This document shows, in pieces, positions 28,065-38,126 of a DNA stretch of 64,000 bases. The translations under genes and the position numbers were made by a program. The stretch lies in assembly GCA_038231275.1 (NCBI GenBank), contig JBBRLQ010000001.1, forward strand, positions 512,001 through 576,000. The letters are read 5' to 3'. Each line of letters begins with the position of its first letter. The stretch's first letter is position 1. The notes under the pieces are model-generated. The model searched no databases, was not told the DNA's origin, and was given only the letters and a program-made list of their open reading frames with translations. The stretch comes from Polyangiales bacterium. GTDB lineage: Bacteria > Myxococcota_A > Polyangia > Polyangiales > Polyangiaceae.

Positions 28065-29276
28065 ATGAGCCTCCGCGTCGTCGTCGTCGCCGCGTCGGTG
28101 ATCGTGGGGTGCGGGTCATCGACGCCGAATCCCGCGGCGCCTGGGCCCTTGGACGATGGCGGCGGCTCACTCGACGGCGGGCCCGATGGCGGCGGAAACG
28201 ACGCCACGGTGAACGGCGACGGCGCGACTCCTCCTCCGCCTCCAGGCGACGCGGGCAAGGACGGAGCGACCGGCGGCGACGCGGCTCTCGGCTCCGAGTG
28301 GCTCGTCGTGAAAGGGAACAAGATCCTCCACGCCGACGGGACGCCGTTCCGAGGGCGCGGCGTGAATTTGCACGACGAGCGCTCGTGCGAGGCGTGCTCC
28401 TTCGCGCCGGCGAACCCCGCGGGACTGAACCGCTGGGCCGATCAGCTCATCGACGTGTGGCACGCCACGTTCATTCGCTTCCTCCTCTCGTCGAAGGCCG
28501 CGCCCTTCAACGCCGGCGAGCAGCAGTGGAAGAGCCTGGTCGACGATCCCGCGTACTACGCCGACGTTCAAAACAACGTGGGCCACATGACCGGCAAGGG
28601 CGCGTACGTGCTCGTCACGCTCTTCGCCGATCCGACGATGAAGACGGAAGCCGCGGGCGGCGACGACAGCGAGTGGCCCGGCTCGGCGGGCGATGGCAAC
28701 ACGAACGCGCGCTACACGCTCCTCGCCCAGGCGTTCACTACGAACCCGCGCGTGCTCTTCGGCCTCACGAACGAGCCGCACGGTCCCGCCAATCGCGACG
28801 CCGACCTCGCCGTCCGGTACCAGTCGGCGATCGACGCGATCCGAAAGGTAGAAGACGCCGCCGGCACGCCGCACCACCTCATCGCCGTGCAAGCGCCCGA
28901 GGGGTACGCGCGCGATCTGACGTATTTCGTCGGCAAGCCGCTGCCGGGCGACAACATCGTCTACGAGATTCACCCGTACAATCCGCAGACCGAGTTCGAC
29001 AAGCTCGTCACCCAGCCGGCCAAAACGCTCCCGATCATCATCGGCGAGTACGGGCCTGCCGGCACGATGGCGGACGCCGACGTCAAGGCGCTGTGGCCCG
29101 TCGCGCAGGCCGCCGGCGTGCCGCACATCGGGTGGAATTTTCACATGCGGTGCCCGCCCAACATGCTCACCGACACGGCGTCCGACGGCTGCGGTCTCGC
29201 CGCGAGCACGGGCTACGCGTTCCCGCGGACGGCGTGGGGCGACGAGATGTTCACCTACCTGACGACCCCCTGGTGA
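28065..29276 (+). CDS. Glycoside hydrolase family 5 (cellulase-like) lipoprotein
   Basis: Lipobox IVGC, G/D-rich linker, LTNEPH and IGEYG catalytic Glu motifs, H.Y. Confidence 0.85.
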   Translation: MSLRVVVVAASVIVGCGSSTPNPAAPGPLDDGGGSLDGGPDGGGNDATVNGDGATPPPPPGDAGKDGATGGDAALGSEWLVVKGNKILHADGTPFRGRGVNLHDERSCEACSFAPANPAGLNRWADQLIDVWHATFIRFLLSSKAAPFNAGEQQWKSLVDDPAYYADVQNNVGHMTGKGAYVLVTLFADPTMKTEAAGGDDSEWPGSAGDGNTNARYTLLAQAFTTNPRVLFGLTNEPHGPANRDADLAVRYQSAIDAIRKVEDAAGTPHHLIAVQAPEGYARDLTYFVGKPLPGDNIVYEIHPYNPQTEFDKLVTQPAKTLPIIIGEYGPAGTMADADVKALWPVAQAAGVPHIGWNFHMRCPPNMLTDTASDGCGLAASTGYAFPRTAWGDEMFTYLTTPW

Positions 29277-29291
29277 TAAGCTCCCTCGGTC

Positions 29292-30716
29292 ATGCTCCCC
29301 GAGAAAAAGCAGGTCCTCATCGTCGACGACGAGCCGAACCTGCGAAAGATCCTGGCCGCGCAGCTGTCCCGTGACGGCTACGACGTGATGACGGCCGAGG
29401 ACGGCGAGCAGGGGCTCCAGATGCTGCGCGAGCATCACATCGATCTCGTGGTGACCGATTTGAAGATGCCGAAGGTCGACGGGATGACGCTCCTGCGCGA
29501 GGCGCTGCGTCTGGACCCGGAGCTGCCGGTCGTCATGATCACGGCGCACGGCACCGTCGACACCGCGGTCGAGGCGCTGAAGACCGGCGCGTTCGATTAC
29601 CTCACCAAGCCGTTCGACAAGGACGAGGTCCGGCAGATCGTCGCCAAGGCGCTGAAGACGCGGCAGCTCGCCGGCGAAGAGGCGACCGTGACCGCGCCGG
29701 CCCCGAGCGCGCGCTTCGGGATCATCGGCATGTCGCCGGAGCTGACCGAGGTGTACGGCGTCCTCGAGCGCGTCGCCGACACACCGACGACGGTGCTCAT
29801 CACCGGCGAGAGCGGTACCGGCAAAGAGCTCGTCGCGCGCGCGCTTCACGAGAACTCGTCGCGCAAGGGCAAGCCGTTCATCAAGGTCAACTGCGCGGCG
29901 ATCCCCAAGGAGCTCATCGAGAGCGAGCTCTTCGGCTACGAGCGCGGCGCGTTCACGGGCGCGGTCGGCAGCAAGCCTGGTCGCTTCGAGCTCGCGGGCG
30001 GCGGCACGCTCTTCCTCGACGAAATCGGCGAGGTCCCCGTCGAGATGCAGGTGAAGCTCCTGCGCGCGTTGCAAGAGAGCGAGTTCGAGCGCGTCGGCGG
30101 CATCAAGACGATCCGCGTCGACGTGCGTCTCGTCGCCGCCACCAACCGCGATCTGAAGAAGCTCATCGCGGCCGGGAATTTCCGGGAAGATCTCTTCTAC
30201 CGCCTCAACGTCGTCCCCATCCGACTGCCCGCGCTGCGTGAACGAACGGGGGACATTCCGCTCCTCGTCGAGCACTTCCTCGGCAAATTCAACGAGCGGC
30301 TGAAGAAGCACGTGAGCGGCGTTGAAGACGACGCGCTCGAGATCCTGAAGGCGCATCCGTGGCCGGGGAACATCCGCGAGCTCGAGAACGTGATCGAGCG
30401 CGCGGTGCTCTTCTGCGACGGGCCAAAGCTGCGCGCGCAGGATCTCCCGCACGAGGTTCGAGGCGCGCCGCCGCCGTCGATGCCGCCGGTGTCCGACGCC
30501 GAGCTCCAGGCCGCGCTCGCCAACGAAGGCGGGCTGAAGGAGCACGTGAAGGTGGCGATGAGCCGGCTCGAGCGCGAGCTCGTCAGCCGCGCGCTCACGC
30601 AGACCGGTGGAAATGTCACGCACGCGGCTCGCCTGCTCAAGATCTCGCGCAAGGGGCTCCAGCTCAAGATGAAGGAGCTCGGCTTGCGCGAGGGGGTGAG
30701 CGAAAAGGGCGACTGA
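29292..30716 (+). CDS. Sigma-54-dependent response regulator (NtrC/AtoC family)
   Basis: Receiver domain (IVDDE, DLKMP), [24 protein letters not shown], Fis-type HTH. Confidence 0.96.
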   Translation: MLPEKKQVLIVDDEPNLRKILAAQLSRDGYDVMTAEDGEQGLQMLREHHIDLVVTDLKMPKVDGMTLLREALRLDPELPVVMITAHGTVDTAVEALKTGAFDYLTKPFDKDEVRQIVAKALKTRQLAGEEATVTAPAPSARFGIIGMSPELTEVYGVLERVADTPTTVLITGESGTGKELVARALHENSSRKGKPFIKVNCAAIPKELIESELFGYERGAFTGAVGSKPGRFELAGGGTLFLDEIGEVPVEMQVKLLRALQESEFERVGGIKTIRVDVRLVAATNRDLKKLIAAGNFREDLFYRLNVVPIRLPALRERTGDIPLLVEHFLGKFNERLKKHVSGVEDDALEILKAHPWPGNIRELENVIERAVLFCDGPKLRAQDLPHEVRGAPPPSMPPVSDAELQAALANEGGLKEHVKVAMSRLERELVSRALTQTGGNVTHAARLLKISRKGLQLKMKELGLREGVSEKGD

Positions 30717-30717
30717 C

Positions 30718-31887
30718 GTGGCGCGCGCGTTCGTGTGGCGGGTGGCCGCCGTGGCTGCCGTCGGGCTCGCCGGCGCCGTATTCTCGTGCAGCCGCAGCTT
30801 GCCCTCGGCGCCGCCCGTCGATCCCACGCCTCCCGCGACCGACGCGGCCGCGCTCGTCTCGGTCCCGAGCGCAACGGCGGCCGGCGCGCCGCGCACCGGA
30901 ATGACGTGGGTGCCCGCCGGCGTGCTCAAGGCCGGCACCCCGCTCGATCGCTCGCCGCGCATCAGCGACGAAGAGCTGCCGGGCACCGAAATCCCAATGG
31001 CTGGATTCTACATCGATCTCTTGCCGTTCCCGAACGAGGCCGGCGCGATCCCCTCGACCAACGTCTCCCGCGAGGAAGCGCAGCGCGCGTGCGAGGGGAA
31101 GAACAAGCGCCTCTGCACCGAGCTCGAATGGGAGCGCGCATGCAAGGGTCCCGAGGGCACGACGTACGAGTACGGCAACGACTACCGCGCGGCGACCTGC
31201 GGCACCGGCGTCGCCGTCGAGCTCTCCGCGCGAAGGCCCACCGGTGATCGCGTGGCGTGCAAGAGCGGCTTCGGCGCCCTCGAGATGCACGGCGGCGCGT
31301 GGGAGTGGACGAGCAGCGACTGGGGGCGCGGTCACAAGGAGGACCTCGGCGTGCTGCGCGGAGGCAACGCAACGGCGGGTGAGCTCGCGGGCCGCTGCGC
31401 CAACGGGATCGCGCGCCCTGCGAGCACGAAGGGTCCGCAGATGGGATTTCGCTGCTGCGCGGGGCCGAAGAACGAAGCGAAGGTCGATCTCGTGATCACC
31501 TCCGGCGCTCCCCTCGAGCGCAGCGTCAAGCCCGTGACCCTCGCGGCGCCGCTCGCGGCCGTCGCGGGGACGGCGTGGAAGGCGACCGCGTCGGTCGATT
31601 TCGATCACGCGTGGACGTGGCGCCCCGCGCCGAACGAAGAGCTCGTCGTCGGCGCCGCGTGCATTCACGAGCCGAAGCAGACGCGGTGTGGCCTCGTCGT
31701 CGGGCGACCCAACGGCGAGTCCGCGGTCCTCGTCGCGCAGTTCGAGACCGGCTTCGTGGCGCCCGAGGTCGCGCAGAACGGCGAAGCGCGTCGAATCCGC
31801 GCGCGCGGCCTCGACGCCCAGGGCGCGTTCGTGCGCGATCTCGTCTACTCGTACGGACGCGTCGAGGTCAGCGATCCGAAGCGCTGA
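30718..31887 (+). CDS. FGE-sulfatase (SUMF1) domain lipoprotein
   Basis: KRLCTELEWERAC, MHGGAWEWT, LRGG, GFRCC. Confidence 0.85.
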   Translation: MARAFVWRVAAVAAVGLAGAVFSCSRSLPSAPPVDPTPPATDAAALVSVPSATAAGAPRTGMTWVPAGVLKAGTPLDRSPRISDEELPGTEIPMAGFYIDLLPFPNEAGAIPSTNVSREEAQRACEGKNKRLCTELEWERACKGPEGTTYEYGNDYRAATCGTGVAVELSARRPTGDRVACKSGFGALEMHGGAWEWTSSDWGRGHKEDLGVLRGGNATAGELAGRCANGIARPASTKGPQMGFRCCAGPKNEAKVDLVITSGAPLERSVKPVTLAAPLAAVAGTAWKATASVDFDHAWTWRPAPNEELVVGAACIHEPKQTRCGLVVGRPNGESAVLVAQFETGFVAPEVAQNGEARRIRARGLDAQGAFVRDLVYSYGRVEVSDPKR

Positions 31888-34605
31888 TCACTTGCAGCCG
31901 AGCGCCTTGCTCCGCGCGCGCGCCTCGTCGGCGGTGACCGAGCGCGGCGTCGCGTGCCCCCACCGCGCCAGCACCACGGCATACGCCGCGCACGCGCCCG
32001 CCGTGTCGTGCTTCGCCTCACGCGCCTTGCCGAGCCAAAAATTCGCGCGCGTGTACGCGACCGGAAGCTCGAGGCCCATGCAGCTTCCCGCCGCGCGCTC
32101 GAGCATCGTGACCGCCTCGTCCGTCCTTCCCGCGAGCAAATAGGTGCGACCGACCGCCGCCGTCGCCAGCGTCTTGGGCGTGTAGGCAGGGATCGTCCCG
32201 CTGCCGAACGCGGCGATCGCGTCGGTCGCGTCGGCCGGCGTCTCGACGAGGGCGGCGCGTCCGTGCATCCATACGTAGCCATGTGCTTCGGGCACGAGGC
32301 GCTTCTTCCACCCTTCGATCCACGTGTCCCGCTGCGCGCGGAGCTCTTCTGCCGTGATCTTTCCGGTCGCGCGCAGCGTGCGAAGCAGAAGAGGTTGGAG
32401 ATCGTTGGCGAGCGCGAAGTCTTCGGCGAACGGCTCGGGCAGCCACGCCTCACGGCGCTTGCCGTACTGCGCGGCGTACGCGGAGGCCTCGGTCATCTGG
32501 CCCGACTCGGTCAGGGCGTCGAGGATCGCGCGCGCGTGGAACTGGTGATCGGTCTCCGCCTGCGCGCTCGCTACGAGCTTCTCCATCGCCCGCGCGTTCC
32601 GCAGCGCGTCGGTGAAGTCCCCTCGCACGAACGCGAGCAGCACCTTGTCGTAGAGCGTGCTCTTCGCGCGCTCGGACTCTGGTTCGACCGACTCCTTTTG
32701 TCGGAGCGCCTCGTCCACCGACTCGACGGAGCGACCGCGCGCGTGAAGCGCCGCAGCGACGGCGAAGCGCCCGAGCGGATCTCTCCCGTCGACCGCGGTC
32801 CATTGCTTGGCGTCCACCTCGACCGCCTCGCACCGGCCCTCGCCCTCGTTGAGGCAGATGCGGTTCCACAAGCAGCTCGTCGCCGCGTGCGACACCTCGA
32901 GGCACTTGTCGAGCGCCGCGCGCGCCTTCGGAAGATCGCCGCGGTACGCGTTACCCTGCCCGAGCTGCCACCACGCGCGCGCGAAGCCGGGATCGATCTC
33001 GACGGCCTTTTGGAGCGACGGCAAGTCCTCCGCGATGAACTTCTCCGCGGTGGCGAGGCCCAGGTGGTAGTAGAGCTCCGCGTCGTTCGGGTACTTGTCC
33101 ACGACCTGCTGCAAACGCCGCGTCCGTTCGCCCATGTCGGCGTCTCGTTCGGCGATGAACGGCTCGAGCGCCCACAAAAACGCCTGATCGCGCGCCGTCA
33201 GCGATGAGCGCAGGCCCACCGCGCGGTTGTACGCGGCGCGCCCTTCGGTCGGCGACGCCTGGAACATGATGTGCGCGAGGCGCAGGTGCGCGGCCGCGAG
33301 GCTCGGATCGAGATCGACCGCCCGCTGGAACCGCGCGTCCACGCCGCCGACGCCGTCGCGGTACGCCTGCATCGCCGAACGATAGGCCGCCAGCGCGTCT
33401 CGGTTGGAGGTCGGCGGGTCCGGAAGATCGGTCATGGCGGTCGGCGCCGCGACCGCCACAGGGAGGTTCTGCACCGGCGGCGGCGGCTTTGGCGGGCGTG
33501 ACCACGCGGCGACACCTGCCGCGATCGCCGCGACCATCGCCACACCCGCGATCCCGACTCCTACGCGGCTCTTCGTCGCCGCCGTTGTCGGTGCGCCTGC
33601 GTCGAGCTTCGGCGAGCTCACCTCCGGCGCCGGCGTCGGGCTCGACGTGACCATCTCGGTCTCTTGCGCGGGCGGGAGCGGCAACGTCGGCTGCTGGCTC
33701 GTGACGGTTACGTCGCTCGAGGAGCCCGAGGCCAGCGGCTCGAGCATGCGCACGATCTCGTCCATCGACGAAAATCGCGCCTCCGCCGTCTTGGCGAGAG
33801 CGCGCCGCACGGTCCGCTCGACGGTCTCCGGCAAGCCCGACGTATCCATCGCCTCCGGCTCGCGTGTCAGCAGATCCGCGAGCGCCGCGAGCGAGTCGTC
33901 GCTGCGGCGCCACGGAGATTTTCCGCACAAAATCTCGTACGCGAGGACGCCCCACGCGAACTGATCCGAGCGCCCGTCCAGCGGATCGCCGCGCATCTGC
34001 TCGGGCGACATGTACCGCGGCGTCCCGATGACCACGCCCTTGCCGGTCAACGCCTCGAGACCCATCTGCTGTGTGGCGCCCTCCGGATCGACCGGCGCGT
34101 CCGGTCGCCGCGCGATGCCGAAGTCGAGCACCTTCACGACGCCGTCGTCGCGCACCATCACGTTCTCGGGCTTGATGTCGCGGTGCACGAGGCCGCGCTT
34201 ATGTGCCGCCGCCAGCGCTCGCGCGACGTCGACGAGCCAGCGCAGGCGCTTCTCCCACGGCACCGGCGGCATCGCGGAGAGCGCGCGCAGCGACTGCCCT
34301 TCGATGAGCTCCATCGCGATGTAGGGCACACCCTCGACCTCGCCCACGTCGAAAATGGACACGGCGTTCGGGTGGTCGAGCGCCGCCGCCGCGCGCGCCT
34401 CTCGGAGCATCCGCGCCGCGCCCTCCGACGAATTCCCCGCGCTCGCCCCGCTCCGCGGTGCCTCCCCGTCGCGCTGGCTCAGCACCTTCCGCGCGACGCG
34501 CCGGTGCAGCCTCGGATCGTACGCGCGGTACACCTTCCCCATGCCGCCCTCGCCGAGGAGCGCTTCGATCGAGTACCGGTCGAAGTTGTCACCGGGCGAG
34601 AGCAC
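31888..34605 (-). CDS. Membrane Ser/Thr protein kinase with TPR repeats
   Basis: GEGGMG, HRDIKPEN, DFG, GTPRYMSPEQ; one TM segment; TPR-like C-terminus. Confidence 0.93.
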   Translation of the reverse strand: MLSPGDNFDRYSIEALLGEGGMGKVYRAYDPRLHRRVARKVLSQRDGEAPRSGASAGNSSEGAARMLREARAAAALDHPNAVSIFDVGEVEGVPYIAMELIEGQSLRALSAMPPVPWEKRLRWLVDVARALAAAHKRGLVHRDIKPENVMVRDDGVVKVLDFGIARRPDAPVDPEGATQQMGLEALTGKGVVIGTPRYMSPEQMRGDPLDGRSDQFAWGVLAYEILCGKSPWRRSDDSLAALADLLTREPEAMDTSGLPETVERTVRRALAKTAEARFSSMDEIVRMLEPLASGSSSDVTVTSQQPTLPLPPAQETEMVTSSPTPAPEVSSPKLDAGAPTTAATKSRVGVGIAGVAMVAAIAAGVAAWSRPPKPPPPVQNLPVAVAAPTAMTDLPDPPTSNRDALAAYRSAMQAYRDGVGGVDARFQRAVDLDPSLAAAHLRLAHIMFQASPTEGRAAYNRAVGLRSSLTARDQAFLWALEPFIAERDADMGERTRRLQQVVDKYPNDAELYYHLGLATAEKFIAEDLPSLQKAVEIDPGFARAWWQLGQGNAYRGDLPKARAALDKCLEVSHAATSCLWNRICLNEGEGRCEAVEVDAKQWTAVDGRDPLGRFAVAAALHARGRSVESVDEALRQKESVEPESERAKSTLYDKVLLAFVRGDFTDALRNARAMEKLVASAQAETDHQFHARAILDALTESGQMTEASAYAAQYGKRREAWLPEPFAEDFALANDLQPLLLRTLRATGKITAEELRAQRDTWIEGWKKRLVPEAHGYVWMHGRAALVETPADATDAIAAFGSGTIPAYTPKTLATAAVGRTYLLAGRTDEAVTMLERAAGSCMGLELPVAYTRANFWLGKAREAKHDTAGACAAYAVVLARWGHATPRSVTADEARARSKALGCK

Positions 34606-34641
34606 AGCCTCAAGGGTATCCGCGCGGGCCCCTCGCGGCAG

Positions 34642-35676
34642 CTATTTCACGGCGGTCGGCACGCACACCTGATCCGATGCGATCACGGAGTAGGTGGCCT
34701 CCGGCGGGTACGCGTAGCCGAAGACCTCGCACATCTCGTTGTCGCCGATGCCGTAGGTGATGGTCTTGTCGAACGTGTTGTTCCACGTGCACGCGAACGT
34801 CACGCCGGTGCCCTGCCCGCCTTGCGAGAGATCGAGCGCGGGCGCGAACTGCACGACCACGCCTTTCTCGGGATCGTAGCCCTTGGACGAGATGAAATCG
34901 GCGCCGTCGCTCGGCCCACCGACCACGGTGGCCTCGAGCTTCGTCCCGAGCTTGTGCATGTGCGGCAGCGCCGAGACGAGGTTCATCGCCTTCGGGAAAT
35001 TGCACGGCGCGCTCTTGGCGGTGAACGTGGACTTCGGCGGGATGGAGAACTCTTTGTAGACCCAGACGAACGGCGCGATCTCGTGGCTGATCTTCGCCTC
35101 GTCGATCGTGAACCACTCGTACGTCGGCGCGACGGTCACCGGATGATCGGTCGCGTTCAGGTAGTGCATGCGCGCGACGATCTCGAAGCCGTCTTTGATG
35201 CGGAAGCCCATCCCCGGCGGGAAGCTCTGCCACTCCTCGCCCGACAGCTGCGTCGACGACGCGAAGAGGACCGCGCCGCCGTTCACGATGTCGATGCCCT
35301 CACCGCCGAAGGTCGCGGTCGTGTCGGCCGGGCACTCGCGCGTGCCGCTGCCGGTCTTCGGGCGCGTCGTGATGTTGCCGTGGTGCATGCCCGGGCCGAC
35401 CTTGATGTGCCCGCCGCCGACGATCTTCGACGGGCCGCTCGCCGCGAGATCGAAGAGCCAGCACGGGGTCTTCTCCTCGCCCGGCTGCAGCGTCACTTCG
35501 GGCAGCTGCGCCGAGAACGAGCCGACCTGGTTCTGCGGAGGTTGCTTCGTCGGAGGCAGGCCTTGCCCATACGTCCCGGGCGCCGCGTCGGCCGCGGTGC
35601 TGCCGGACTTGGCCCCGCCGCACGCGGCCACTGCCGCAATCGTCACGAAAAGAAGCGTCCACGCTGCTGCACGCAT
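34642..35676 (-). CDS. Copper type II (PHM/DBH-like) monooxygenase lipoprotein
   Basis: Lipobox VAAC; CuH ligands MHH...HYLN; CuM ligands PHMH...EMC. Confidence 0.75.
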   Translation of the reverse strand: MRAAAWTLLFVTIAAVAACGGAKSGSTAADAAPGTYGQGLPPTKQPPQNQVGSFSAQLPEVTLQPGEEKTPCWLFDLAASGPSKIVGGGHIKVGPGMHHGNITTRPKTGSGTRECPADTTATFGGEGIDIVNGGAVLFASSTQLSGEEWQSFPPGMGFRIKDGFEIVARMHYLNATDHPVTVAPTYEWFTIDEAKISHEIAPFVWVYKEFSIPPKSTFTAKSAPCNFPKAMNLVSALPHMHKLGTKLEATVVGGPSDGADFISSKGYDPEKGVVVQFAPALDLSQGGQGTGVTFACTWNNTFDKTITYGIGDNEMCEVFGYAYPPEATYSVIASDQVCVPTAVK

Positions 35677-35768
35677 TTCGTTTCCTCCGCAAACACAGAA
35701 TTATTTTGCGTGCGAACCTTATGCGCGCGAAATCATTGCCGGTCAAGACGCGCCAGGAGACGCGAGGG

Positions 35769-37625
35769 CTACTTCAGGCCCAGCTTCAGGCGATCGATGA
35801 TCGTCTTCATCGCCGGGCGATAGCCGTACAGCGGATCATCGGGCGCGGTCGGCGTGGTGTGGATCGGGCAGAGCGAGGCGACGACCGCCTGATCGCCGAG
35901 GGCGTGCGCCACCTCGAGCTCGCGCACCGGCGGGTAGGCTTTGCCGCGCAGCTGGATCGTCGCCCGCTTCGCGTCGCACACCGGCGAGGGCTTCGTCGCG
36001 CAGTCGCACCCGCGCTGGCCCGACGTGCAGTCGCGCGGCGTCGCGAGGGGGAAGGTGCATGCATACTGCAAGTCACCGTTCGACGTGTCCCACTCGCGCC
36101 CGTGGATCGGATCGGCGTCGTTGGGCGAGCCGACTTTTGGGAGCCCCGCGCGCGGCGTGATCGACTCGAGCATGTGCGGATCGATGTCGCGGAAGTCGTA
36201 CGCTGCCGGATCGCGCCCGAGGAGGCGCAGCCAGTCCGACGGCGCCAGCCGGCTCGCCTCCGGGCTCGTCGGATCGAAATGGAGGAGCGGGTTCGGCACG
36301 CCGCCGATGACCGCGAAGTACACGAGATCGAGCGCGCGCGGTCCGCGCCCCAGGTTGCAGAGCTCCCCCTTCGCGTCGCTCGGCAGGCTCTTGGCGAAGA
36401 GCGGATTGGTGCAGTTCTTGGTGCCGACGTACGCGCTCGCGTTCTTGGGGTGCTCGCCCTCGCGGTTCGGCACCGTGGGGCTCGTCAGCGCGTCGACGTA
36501 GCGCTGAACGGGGAACTGCGGGTCGACGCCGAAGCGCTGCTTCATGTGGAAAAAGCGCACGTTCGACGACTCTTCGCCGGACACGTAGTAGCCGCCGTTC
36601 ACGAGGCACTTTGGATCGGTATGCGCGCCGGTGAGGAGGCACGACGTGCACGCGGGATCGTTCGGGCTGGCGGTGCACGGCGTCGTCGGGTGCGGCGGAT
36701 GGCCGTCGGGTGAGTCGGGAAACTGAACGGCCTCGTACATCCACGCCCGCTGCTCGATCGCCATCGGGTCGACCGTCGAGTCGTTCTCGTCGGTGAGGAG
36801 CACGATCGCGACGAGCGAGTCGGGACGGAGAAAATCGTGGCGCTGCTGCAAGATGATCGAGTCCACGCCGACGAGCGCCGCCTTCTGCCCGGAGACGACG
36901 ATGTCGTCGTAGGGATCGGGCTGGATCAAGAAGCGGTACCAGCTCTCGAGCTGCGCCTCGAAGCCGCACCCGAACTCGTGCACGCCGGCGACCAGATCCT
37001 GAAAGTCCGCCTCGAAGCGCGCGGGATCGGTGATCGGCGTGACCGCGGGCGGCGCGCCGTTCTTGCCGCTCGGCGGGAACCACGCGAGAAAATTCGAAGG
37101 CGCCATGTCGCCGATCGGGTGCTCGTCGGCGCCGCCGCGCATGATGAGGTGGCCCTTGTCGTCGTTGTGGGCGTCGAGGTTGGGGTTGGTCGGGTTCGCG
37201 TCGATCCCGCAGTTGTCGCTGCCGCGTCCGCCGAGCGACGACGTGACGATGCCGACATGGAGATCGTGCACCGCCGGGAACTCGAGGACGCCTTTCGCGC
37301 ACACGCCGCCCACCGACTTGCCGAGCACCGTGTTTGCATCGGCGGCGTCGACGCAGCGCGGGTTCACGAGGCGATCCACGAGGTCGGGGACCGCCTCTTT
37401 GAGGAGCACCTGCTTGTCGGCCATCGACGCCGAGTTGTCGATCATGAAGAGGAGGTCGATCTTGTCGGCCGGCGACAGGTGGCGCGAAATGACACCAGCG
37501 TCCCCACCATCCGTGACGTCGGCGCCCTGGTCCACGAGAAGTCCCGTCCTCGCCCCGCACGCGCCGCCCGCCAGCGGAACGCAAAAAATCGCGGCAAAGG
37601 CGGCAAAGAGGGACATCCTGCGCAT
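35769..37625 (-). CDS. Cys-rich vWA/MIDAS-like lipoprotein
   Basis: Signal peptide/lipobox AGGAC; IDLLFMIDNSASM (DxSxS); LLTDEND; real gene is the 3' half of ORF 35769..39527. Confidence 0.75.
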   Translation of the reverse strand: MRRMSLFAAFAAIFCVPLAGGACGARTGLLVDQGADVTDGGDAGVISRHLSPADKIDLLFMIDNSASMADKQVLLKEAVPDLVDRLVNPRCVDAADANTVLGKSVGGVCAKGVLEFPAVHDLHVGIVTSSLGGRGSDNCGIDANPTNPNLDAHNDDKGHLIMRGGADEHPIGDMAPSNFLAWFPPSGKNGAPPAVTPITDPARFEADFQDLVAGVHEFGCGFEAQLESWYRFLIQPDPYDDIVVSGQKAALVGVDSIILQQRHDFLRPDSLVAIVLLTDENDSTVDPMAIEQRAWMYEAVQFPDSPDGHPPHPTTPCTASPNDPACTSCLLTGAHTDPKCLVNGGYYVSGEESSNVRFFHMKQRFGVDPQFPVQRYVDALTSPTVPNREGEHPKNASAYVGTKNCTNPLFAKSLPSDAKGELCNLGRGPRALDLVYFAVIGGVPNPLLHFDPTSPEASRLAPSDWLRLLGRDPAAYDFRDIDPHMLESITPRAGLPKVGSPNDADPIHGREWDTSNGDLQYACTFPLATPRDCTSGQRGCDCATKPSPVCDAKRATIQLRGKAYPPVRELEVAHALGDQAVVASLCPIHTTPTAPDDPLYGYRPAMKTIIDRLKLGLK

Positions 37626-37725
37626 CGTTTTCACGGCTCCGCGTGCGGGCAGCGTTGGATCGTAGCGTTGCGCCAAAGCAAATGGCCAGCCACTACCAGG
37701 AGGCGGACGTAAAGAAAGCAGAGCG

Positions 37726-37741
37726 TGGCAAAGGTTGTGCA
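37726..37741 (+). promoter_or_regulatory. Putative sigma-54 promoter
   Basis: TGGCAAAGGTTGTGCA = GG-N10-GC, upstream of a GGAGGA RBS and ATG 37779. Confidence 0.5.
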
Positions 37742-37778
37742 TTACACTCTCGCGGACGACGGGGGTTGGAGGACAACA

Positions 37779-38099
37779 ATGCGAGGGTATTGGGGCCGTT
37801 ACGAACTGTGCGAGCACGAGGCCGACGATCAGGACTGCGACGGCGCGTCTCTTCACTTCTCGCTCCTCGAAGTCGAGTACGAGCACATCCCGCAGGAGCC
37901 TGGGCAGGTTCGCGTCGTGGACCCGGAGATCGGCCCGGTAGACGCGATCGACGTCCGCGCCAGCGCCGACGACGCCCGCCGTCGCCTCGCGGACAACCTC
38001 CGCTACCTCGCGGTCGACCTCGAGAAACAGATGCGCGAGGTCGAGTACGCCTCGCGCCGCGTCCTCGAAGGTCCGCTCGAGCCGCTTCGTCTGCGCTAA
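37779..38099 (+). CDS. Small acidic hypothetical protein
   Basis: GGAGGA RBS; 106-aa ORF with typical codon usage. Confidence 0.7.
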   Translation: MRGYWGRYELCEHEADDQDCDGASLHFSLLEVEYEHIPQEPGQVRVVDPEIGPVDAIDVRASADDARRRLADNLRYLAVDLEKQMREVEYASRRVLEGPLEPLRLR

Positions 38100-38126
38100 G
38101 CGAGAAGACCAGAGGAGAGGCCGACC

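Noticed and set aside
34480-34500. Kinase VARK instead of VALK as a sign of a pseudokinase
   Set aside because: The catalytic Lys, HRD, DFG and Gly loop are all intact; a single substitution or sequencing error
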